This document shows, piece after piece, positions 57,292 through 64,000 of a stretch of DNA of 64,000 nucleotides. Every line of letters begins with the position of its first letter. The stretch's first letter is position 1. The stretch comes from an uncultured Acidobacteriota bacterium (GTDB taxonomy: Bacteria; Acidobacteriota; Thermoanaerobaculia; Gp7-AA8; CAVUJZ01): the NCBI GenBank assembly GCA_963741905.1, contig CAVUJZ010000010.1, forward strand, positions 2,099 to 66,098, in the 5' to 3' direction. The notes under the pieces were generated by a model. The model saw only the letters and a program-made list of their open reading frames with translations, had not been told where the DNA came from and searched no databases. A program made the translations under genes and the position numbers.

Positions 57292-58389
57292 TCAGCGCGA
57301 GCTTTTCTTCGCTGCGGGCTTTCCGGGGCTGGCGGTCGAGGCCTTCAGGAGCTGGCCGAGATAGTCGGTCATGTTCTGGCCGTCCCCACCGAAGTAGACC
57401 ATCTGGCCGTTGACGATGAACGTGGGGGTGGCGAAGATGCCGTTCCCGAAAGCACGTCCGACCTGCTCCAGGACGGCCTTCTTCTCGCTCTCCGAGCGAT
57501 AGATCGGCTCGACCTTGCTCCAGGGGATCTGGTGCATTTCGCAGAAATCACGAATGACCGGTTCGATCACCTGAACGTTGATCTTCTCCTGGTTCTCGAA
57601 GATGTAGCTGACGTACTCCCAGTAGTGCGGGGGGGAGACTCTGGCGATGGCACGGGCTCCGAGCGTGGCGGCGAGGGTCCAGTCGTGGGCGCTGATCAGG
57701 GGCAGGTCGAGTCGTGCCCAGTTGATGCGGTCCTGGTTCTTCTGAAAGATCGGCTCGAGAGCTTCGTGAGCGTGCTTGCACATCGGACATTGAAGGTCGG
57801 AGAGCTCGACGATGTGAATCGGGGCATCCTTCGCTCCGCGCACCACCGCATGGTCCAGGCCGATCTCACGAAGAAGTTCCTGTCGCGGATCGTCGGCGAT
57901 GCTTCCCCGTCGGCCGATCAGGAGGTAGTCGCCCGATTCATCCAGCCAGGCGGTAAAGGGCAGCGGACCCTCGGGACGGATCTCCTGGATGTGCACGGTG
58001 CGGAGGCCGTCATCGAGGGACCGGGGGTCGATGACAACCTTCACCTCGCTGTTCATCATCATCTTCGACATCCGCGAGGCGATGCGGTTTTCGACCGGTG
58101 AGTCGTCCTTGCCGAGAGAGATGATGGTTCCCACCACCACCTGACCCGTGGCAGTCGACCGAAGCGCATACATCGTGGCGCCGCAGTACTGGTCACTGGA
58201 GGTCTGGACCACCTTGTAGATGCTGAAGTGAGAAGGGCCGGTGGCCTCGAGCGGCTCGACGCTGAGCGTCGCTCCGGGACAGACGTTGAGAGTCTTGCGC
58301 ACCCAGTCCTGAAGCTCCTGTGCGGACGGCGGGGCCGCGAATGCCGACAGCGGGATCAGGGTGATCAGGGCGAAAATCATCTTCTTCAT
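57292..58389 (-). CDS. Secreted two-domain thiol:disulfide oxidoreductase, paralog of 17678-18754
   Basis: Signal peptide MKKMIFALITLIPLSAFA. CPMC active site in LSDLQCPMCK. Same length and domain order as the other copy. Confidence 0.75.
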   Translation of the reverse strand: MKKMIFALITLIPLSAFAAPPSAQELQDWVRKTLNVCPGATLSVEPLEATGPSHFSIYKVVQTSSDQYCGATMYALRSTATGQVVVGTIISLGKDDSPVENRIASRMSKMMMNSEVKVVIDPRSLDDGLRTVHIQEIRPEGPLPFTAWLDESGDYLLIGRRGSIADDPRQELLREIGLDHAVVRGAKDAPIHIVELSDLQCPMCKHAHEALEPIFQKNQDRINWARLDLPLISAHDWTLAATLGARAIARVSPPHYWEYVSYIFENQEKINVQVIEPVIRDFCEMHQIPWSKVEPIYRSESEKKAVLEQVGRAFGNGIFATPTFIVNGQMVYFGGDGQNMTDYLGQLLKASTASPGKPAAKKSSR

Positions 58390-58436
58390 GAACGTGGGAC
58401 CTTTCTCGGCGGATTGGAGATGACTGCGACTGAAAC

Positions 58437-58862
58437 CTACTGGGAGCTAACAGTCTTGTAGCCGAGTTCAATCCAGCGGCGAATTCCGCCGCTGACGAGC
58501 ACAATATTGCGGAACCCGGCGTTCGCCAGGAGAGTCGCTCCGTCCACGCCGATTTCCACCGTGTCGGCGTAGACGATCACGGTTTCGGTGCGGTACGGGA
58601 GGATCTCCGGCAGGCGAGAGTCGATGTTCTCGAGGGGCGTGGAGATCGCTCCGGCGATGTGCCCGAGAGGCCCGTAGAAGTCCTCCGGTGTCCGCAGATC
58701 GAGTACAACGATCCTCTTGTTGTCGAGAATCATTTCATTGGCGATGGTCGGCTCCACCTCCGCGAATGGCCGCCTGTTCTGGACGCCGACGGTTCCACAG
58801 CCTGTGAGGGCGAGGAGCAAACCAAGGACTGCCACGGATCGGAACGTCATGATGAGCATCAT
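58437..58862 (-). CDS. Rhodanese-like domain lipoprotein
   Basis: Lipobox LALTGC. …VLDLRTPEDF…GHIAGA… rhodanese pattern. Confidence 0.75.
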   Translation of the reverse strand: MMLIMTFRSVAVLGLLLALTGCGTVGVQNRRPFAEVEPTIANEMILDNKRIVVLDLRTPEDFYGPLGHIAGAISTPLENIDSRLPEILPYRTETVIVYADTVEIGVDGATLLANAGFRNIVLVSGGIRRWIELGYKTVSSQ

Positions 58863-58863
58863 C

Positions 58864-59928
58864 CTACAGGAAGCTCAGGTCGAATTCAGCACGAACCTCG
58901 CCGACGATCCTGCCGTTGATCCCGACTACCTCCCCGGCGGTGTACGGCTGGAGCCCGGAGTGGGGAGGGGGGACGATGCCGAGGTTCGCAAGGCATCGCA
59001 GTACCACCGGACCTCGTGCCCGATGAGCACCATCCGCCACCTTCAGCACGATCGCCAGCCCTCCCTCCTGCTCGAGTCCGAGGCGGGCTCGAAGGTTCCG
59101 GTCCTGCATTCGCGGGAAGAGACCCATCACGTACACACCCTCGGCACCATCCTTGGCCACCAGCCCGCCCTGCATGGAGCGGATCAGCGGAGTGGTGAGT
59201 GTCCAGGAGCCGGCGACGTACTCGGGATGGTCGATCATCGCGGAGAGGGCGGTGTGCGCCGGTTCTCCCCAGGATTCGAGACCGGGAAGGGGATATCCGG
59301 AGGCGAGAGCGACCAGGCGAGCCCAGGCCCAGGCGGCTCGATAGATCGACAGGTAGAACGTCGGAGCGCCGCAGTTGTCCGTGGCGATGGGAATGGCACT
59401 GGGAGGCAGACCGGTGAACTCGCTCATCACTGCGGCAATGGCGCGCTGGAGGGGATGTGCCGGGTCTAGGTACGACCCGAGCGGCTCGTCGCGGAGGGCG
59501 CACGCCAGGAGCATTCCGGCATGTTTGCCGGAGCAGTTGTTGTGCAGGGCCGACGGTGCTTCGCCGGTCATTCGAAGCTCCGCCGCCGAACGTTCGTCCA
59601 GAGGAGGGTGTGCTCCACAGTGCAGATCCGATTCGTCGAGCTCTTCCCGCCGTAACAGCGCGGCGGCGGTCGCGACGTGGTGCGGCTCACCTCCGTGGGA
59701 GGCACAGATCAACGCGATCTCCTCCCCGCTGAGATCGTACTCTCCGGCGCCACCCTCACTGAGGAACGGGAGTGCCTGGAAGGGCTTTGCCGTCGAGCGG
59801 AGGAATGTCTTCTGGTGAGGGTCTCCGGCGAAAGCCAGAAGTCGCCCACGGGAATCGACGACGGCGATCGATCCGAAGTGCACCGATTCCGCATGTCCGC
59901 CGCGGTAGAACTTCGCCAGAGGAATCAT
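58864..59928 (-). CDS. Asparaginase II family (pfam06089-like) protein
   Basis: Start moved to MIPLAKFYRGGHAESVHFGSIAVVD…RSTAKPFQALP…CSGKHAGML, which fits this family. Confidence 0.75.
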   Translation of the reverse strand: MIPLAKFYRGGHAESVHFGSIAVVDSRGRLLAFAGDPHQKTFLRSTAKPFQALPFLSEGGAGEYDLSGEEIALICASHGGEPHHVATAAALLRREELDESDLHCGAHPPLDERSAAELRMTGEAPSALHNNCSGKHAGMLLACALRDEPLGSYLDPAHPLQRAIAAVMSEFTGLPPSAIPIATDNCGAPTFYLSIYRAAWAWARLVALASGYPLPGLESWGEPAHTALSAMIDHPEYVAGSWTLTTPLIRSMQGGLVAKDGAEGVYVMGLFPRMQDRNLRARLGLEQEGGLAIVLKVADGAHRARGPVVLRCLANLGIVPPPHSGLQPYTAGEVVGINGRIVGEVRAEFDLSFL

Positions 59929-60040
59929 CGTCGCTCCCGAATTGTGCCATGAAAACAGGCTCCGGCACCGGATTTGCTTTTCAGCCCGGCATCGGAGGGC
60001 CGGCGTCAGGCTGCCCGATCTGCAGAGGTAGGAGGTCCAA

Positions 60041-60379
60041 TTGATCGTCGAAAAGAAGCACCGGGACAACTTCACCGTTCTCTACATCGAGGGACTGATC
60101 AAGCTCGGTGAGAGCGCCGAGTTCTTCTCGTCCGCACTGGAGAACGTCCTGAAGAACGAGAGCACGAACGTGATCATCGATTTCACCAAGATCGACTACA
60201 TCGACTCGACCGGGATCGGTGAGCTCGTGGGCTACCTGGGAAAATTCACCAATCAGAACCGGAAGCTCATCCTCGTCAACCCCTCGGATCGGATTCAGAA
60301 GCTGCTGAAACTGGCCAAGCTGGACGCGGTCTTCAAAATCTACAAAACGGAAGAGGAGGCAGTTTCGGCGGAGTCCTGA
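60041..60379 (+). CDS. STAS-domain protein (anti-sigma factor antagonist-like)
   Basis: …IIDFTKIDYIDSTGIGELV… is the SpoIIAA-like phosphorylatable-Ser context. 112 aa, TTG start. Confidence 0.8.
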   Translation: MIVEKKHRDNFTVLYIEGLIKLGESAEFFSSALENVLKNESTNVIIDFTKIDYIDSTGIGELVGYLGKFTNQNRKLILVNPSDRIQKLLKLAKLDAVFKIYKTEEEAVSAES

Positions 60380-60392
60380 GCGTTGAGGAGAC

Positions 60393-61646
60393 TCACGTCG
60401 TCGCGATGCCGGCCATGGTCCGGATCGCCAGCACCCCGTTCATTCCACCGAATCCGAAGGAGCTCGACAGGAAGAGGCTCACTCTTCCCGATCGAGGCTC
60501 GTTCGGCACCACGTCGAGATCGCAGTCGGGGTCGGGCTGGCGGTAATGGAGGGTTGCGGGAATGACCATCTCGTTGAGTGACAGGAGCGAAATTGCGGCT
60601 TCGATCGCTCCGCTCGCGCCCATAGCGTGTCCGTGGGCCGACTTGGTCGAACTGACCGGAATCCGCTCGACGTGAGGCCCGAGCGCGATCTTCAAGGCAC
60701 GGGTCTCCGCCGGATCATTCGCTCTGGTGGCTGTCCCGTGCGCGTTGACGTATCCCACCGCCGAGGGTTCGATCCCTCCATCATGGAGCGCCATTTCGAT
60801 GGCCCTCGCCGCTCCTTCCGCCGAAGGGTCGGTCAGGTGTCCGGCATCGCTGCTCAGTCCGAATCCGGCGATCTCACCCAGCGCTTCAACGCCTCGGCGC
60901 CTGGCGCTTTCCTCGGACTCCAGGACCAGGACCGCGGCTCCCTCGGCCAGGACCAGGCCGGCCCGGTCGGCGGAAAAGGGGCGACAGGCGCCGGATGGAT
61001 GGTCTCCCGGAGAAGCGAGGACCCGCAGCCCTTCCCAGGCCCGCACGATTCCAGGCACCAGCGGCGCGTCCGCACCACCCGCGAGAACCACATCGGCGAG
61101 TCCTGACCGGATCCAGAGCATCGCCTGTCCGAGGGCGTGGGTTGCTGAGGCACAGGCGGAGACCACACCGAACGCCGGCCCTTCCGCCCGATGTGTGGCC
61201 GAGATCGCACTGGCCGCCGCGTTGTACATGCTTCGGGGAATGGTGAACGGCGGAATGCGCGAGGAGCCCCGGCCGTAGAGGCGTTCGTAGCCTGCGTCCA
61301 GGCTCTCGCAGCCGCCGAGACCGGTCCCGATGAGGGTTGCGATGCGATGGCGATCGAGGTTCGGGTCATCCAGGCGTGCCTGTGATGCAGCCTCGCCTGC
61401 CGCCGCCAGTGCGAGGCGGGAAAACCGGTCGTAACCACGAAACTCCTCCGGTTGCAGCGCGTCGTCCGGCACCTGTCCGGCGACCCGGCAGATGAACTCG
61501 GATGCATCGAAGCGCTGAAGCCAGGTGATGCCGCTGCGCGCGTCGCGGATGGCGTCGAGGTGAGCGTCACGGCCGCGGCCGAGAGCGCTGATGACCCCCA
61601 TGCCGGTTACAAGCACCCGGCGGAAAGCACGCGAAGAATCATTCAT
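60393..61646 (-). CDS. Beta-ketoacyl-ACP synthase II-like (KAS I/II family)
   Basis: Active-site contexts VSACASATHA (Cys), NAHGTATRANDPAE (His), SSTKSAHGHAMGASG (His). Confidence 0.9.
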   Translation of the reverse strand: MNDSSRAFRRVLVTGMGVISALGRGRDAHLDAIRDARSGITWLQRFDASEFICRVAGQVPDDALQPEEFRGYDRFSRLALAAAGEAASQARLDDPNLDRHRIATLIGTGLGGCESLDAGYERLYGRGSSRIPPFTIPRSMYNAAASAISATHRAEGPAFGVVSACASATHALGQAMLWIRSGLADVVLAGGADAPLVPGIVRAWEGLRVLASPGDHPSGACRPFSADRAGLVLAEGAAVLVLESEESARRRGVEALGEIAGFGLSSDAGHLTDPSAEGAARAIEMALHDGGIEPSAVGYVNAHGTATRANDPAETRALKIALGPHVERIPVSSTKSAHGHAMGASGAIEAAISLLSLNEMVIPATLHYRQPDPDCDLDVVPNEPRSGRVSLFLSSSFGFGGMNGVLAIRTMAGIATT

Positions 61647-61891
61647 GCGGATTCCGAGAGGTGAGACTCGATGACATCGACCATTGCGCTGACGGTTCGC
61701 AGGTCCCGGGCCTCCTCATCGGGAACGGTGATGCCGAATGTTTCCTCGATGGCGAAGAGGATATTCAGCGCATCGAGCGAATCGATCCCGATCGCGTCGA
61801 GCCGGGTTTCGGGGGTGAGGGCATCTTCTTCGATCGTTTTCTGTTCGTGCACGATCGAGAGGACCCGGGTTTCAATCTCCGCTCTGTCCAT
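61643..61891 (-). CDS. Acyl carrier protein
   Basis: 82 aa with the GIDSLDAL phosphopantetheine site. 4-bp overlap with the KS gene. Confidence 0.85.
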   Translation of the reverse strand: MDRAEIETRVLSIVHEQKTIEEDALTPETRLDAIGIDSLDALNILFAIEETFGITVPDEEARDLRTVSAMVDVIESHLSESA

Positions 61892-61933
61892 GGCGGGATT
61901 ATAACGGTCGCCCGGGCTCCGTGGAATGAGCCG

Positions 61934-62308
61934 ATGACAGTCCGGAGATCAGCGTTCGAGCGCCGCTACTGGCTTCTCTACGTTGCCTGGATCGCCGTCT
62001 GTGCCGTCGCGTTCCTCGCTCTGCGGGGGGCGGAGGATCCTTCGCGTCCCACCGGCCGGCTCACCAGCCCTGAGGCTGGCGCGATCGCGCTGGCCAGCCT
62101 CCAGAAGTCCGACCCGGTCTCGTACCACGGGTTCGAGGTGGTGAGCGTCGCCCATGCGTCGGCCGGAGAGGGCGGACGTGAGGACCGGTGGGTCGTGCTC
62201 TGCGATCGTTCCGAGCGCACCATGCTGCGCGATGCGGTGGTGGTCGAGCTCGACGGCCGGACCGGACGACTGCTCAGAATCCGACCTCCCGACCCCGGGG
62301 GAAAGTAG
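61934..62308 (+). CDS. Hypothetical membrane-anchored protein
   Basis: ATG 61934, one TM (YWLLYVAWIAVCAVAFLAL), small soluble domain. No family recognised. Confidence 0.45.
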   Translation: MTVRRSAFERRYWLLYVAWIAVCAVAFLALRGAEDPSRPTGRLTSPEAGAIALASLQKSDPVSYHGFEVVSVAHASAGEGGREDRWVVLCDRSERTMLRDAVVVELDGRTGRLLRIRPPDPGGK

Positions 62309-62429
62309 CGTTTCTTCTCTGGCGGGGCACCCATCTCCACGTGCGGGAAAGCTCCGGACATCATAGAATGCCCGAATCTTCCGCTGCGATCGCTTCCGGT
62401 CCGGCACCATGACACCGATGAATCGACCG

Positions 62430-64000
62430 ATGAAACTCACCCCGATGTTCGAGCAGTATTTCGAGCTCAAACGCCAGGTTCCCGACGCCATCGTCTTTTT
62501 CCGGATGGGCGACTTCTACGAGATGTTTTTCGAGGATGCGGAGCGCGCTGCGCCGATCCTCGACCTGGTGCTCACCGCCCGGGGCAAAGGAGGCGAGTCG
62601 GAGGCGCCGATGTGCGGCGTGCCGTACCACGCCGCCGACCAGTACGTCGCCCGTCTGGTTCGCCGGGGACTGAGCGTGGCCATCTGTGAGCAGGTGGAGG
62701 AGCCATCGGCAGCGAAGGGGCTCGTTCGCCGCGACATCGTTCGCATCGTCACTCCCGGAACGGCAGTCGAGGGAAGTGTCATCGATCGGGAAAGCTGCTA
62801 TCTGCTCAGCGTCGCCGGCGGGAAGGAACGAACCGGCGCGGCCTGGCTGGATGTCTCCACCGGCGACTTTTTCGTCACCAGCTACGGGCCGGACAGCCGG
62901 AGCCGCCTTCTGGACGACGTGAGCCGCTTCGCGCCGCGGGAGATGATCGTTGCCCGCGACGGCGAAATAGACGGCGCCGGATTCGAAACGCTGGAGATTG
63001 CCATCAACCGGGAAGATCCCGAGTGGTTCGACCCGGAGAGTGCAGCCGAGTACCTGTCCCGTCACTTCGGGACCCGCAATCTCCGCGGCTTCGGGCTGGA
63101 GGATGGGGATGTTCGGGCGGGAGCCGCCGGCGCGGCGCTCCATTACGCTGCGACACGGCATCGGCGGGAGCTCGATCACGTGCGTCGTATCCGGATCGAT
63201 ACGGATGCGGGTGCGCTCCTTCTGGATTCGTCCACGCTGCGGAATCTGGAGATTTTCGACGCCCGGGATGCGGAGGGAGGGAAAGCCACGCTCTGGCGCG
63301 TGCTCGACGCGAGCCGGACGGCGATGGGGGGACGCCTGGTTCGCCAGTGGGTGATGCGTCCCCTCGGGCAGCGGGAGGCGATCTTCGAGCGCCACGACGC
63401 GGTCGACGAGCTGACCCGCAATGCAGCGGCGCTCGAGCGCATGACTCGCGAGCTCGCTTCGATCGGAGATCTGGAGCGGCTGATGGCCCGGATCACTCTG
63501 CGTTCGGCCTCGCCTCGCGAGTGTGTGACGCTGGGGACATCGCTCCAGGCGGCCGGACGACTTGCCGGCGAGGCCGGTGAGCTGCGTGGTCCGTTGATCT
63601 CGGCCGTCCGTTCACGAATCGATCCGCTGGATACGATCTCCGAGCGGATCTCGACGGTCCTCCATGAATCGCCGCCCCAGTCACTCCGGGATGGGGGAGT
63701 GATCCGCGAGGGAGTGAGCGAAGAGCTCGACCAGTTGAGATCCATCGCGCGCGATTCGAAATCGATCTTGCTGAAGATCGAGACCGAGGAGAGGGGAAGG
63801 ACCGGAATCCCTTCTCTCAAGGTCCGCTACAACAACGTGTTCGGCTATTACATCGAGGTCTCCAAGGCGAATCTCGGCAAGGTTCCCGAACAGTACATCC
63901 GCAAGCAGACCCTGGTGAATGCAGAGCGGTTCATCACTCCGGAGCTCAAGGAGCTGGAAGAGAAGATCCTGGGCGCCGAGGAGAAGTCTCTGGGGATCGA
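62430..64000 (+). CDS. mutS: DNA mismatch repair protein MutS (N-terminal about 523 aa; continues beyond the window)
   Basis: Manual translation: MKLTPMFEQYFELKRQVPDAIVFFRMGDFYEMFFEDA…CGVPYH…. In-frame ATGs also occur at 62409 and 62418. Absent from the track because it has no stop in the window. Confidence 0.9.
   Translation, partial: MKLTPMFEQYFELKRQVPDAIVFFRMGDFYEMFFEDAERAAPILDLVLTARGKGGESEAPMCGVPYHAADQYVARLVRRGLSVAICEQVEEPSAAKGLVRRDIVRIVTPGTAVEGSVIDRESCYLLSVAGGKERTGAAWLDVSTGDFFVTSYGPDSRSRLLDDVSRFAPREMIVARDGEIDGAGFETLEIAINREDPEWFDPESAAEYLSRHFGTRNLRGFGLEDGDVRAGAAGAALHYAATRHRRELDHVRRIRIDTDAGALLLDSSTLRNLEIFDARDAEGGKATLWRVLDASRTAMGGRLVRQWVMRPLGQREAIFERHDAVDELTRNAAALERMTRELASIGDLERLMARITLRSASPRECVTLGTSLQAAGRLAGEAGELRGPLISAVRSRIDPLDTISERISTVLHESPPQSLRDGGVIREGVSEELDQLRSIARDSKSILLKIETEERGRTGIPSLKVRYNNVFGYYIEVSKANLGKVPEQYIRKQTLVNAERFITPELKELEEKILGAEEKSLGI

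Overview
High-GC (by eye, not computed) chromosomal segment of a diderm bacterium, judged from Lnt, TonB-ExbB-ExbD and a beta-barrel OMP. Gene content would fit an Acidobacteriota-like lineage, but I cannot verify this. Most of the window is densely packed housekeeping and metabolic genes: der, yebC, ruvC, pdhABC, lnt, prfB, an ECF sigma/anti-sigma operon, fdhD, hbd-crt, a sensor kinase, ribBA, a TonB system, thiolase, trxA, hemW, an ACP-KS pair and mutS. The supplied ORF track misses three real genes. Two run off the window edges: a GT2-methyltransferase fusion at 1-1326 (minus strand) and mutS at 62430-64000. The third is the N-terminal exon of prfB, upstream of its canonical programmed +1 frameshift. 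Many long track ORFs are GC-driven antisense shadows. Unexplained structure is mainly non-coding. (1) A 1.39-kb array of about 3.8 near-identical 363-bp units lies immediately after prfB. It is rich in hairpins, bracketed by a 9-bp direct repeat, and looks like an insertion into a roughly 50-bp convergent spacer. (2) Four distinct short-tandem-repeat arrays (8, 7, 8 and 14 bp units, 16-28 copies each) fill every intergenic gap of the fdhD/hbd/crt/leuA-like/tRNA-Leu region. (3) A 188-bp foldback element has perfect 19-bp terminal inverted repeats. (4) A decayed ISKra4-like IS has recognisable terminal inverted repeats. (5) Frame disruptions cluster in an S8 protease, an enoyl-CoA hydratase and a biotin carboxylase (28.7-31.2 kb). 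This could be real pseudogenisation or local assembly indels, and I cannot distinguish these from sequence alone. I found no CRISPR array, rRNA or recognisable defence system.
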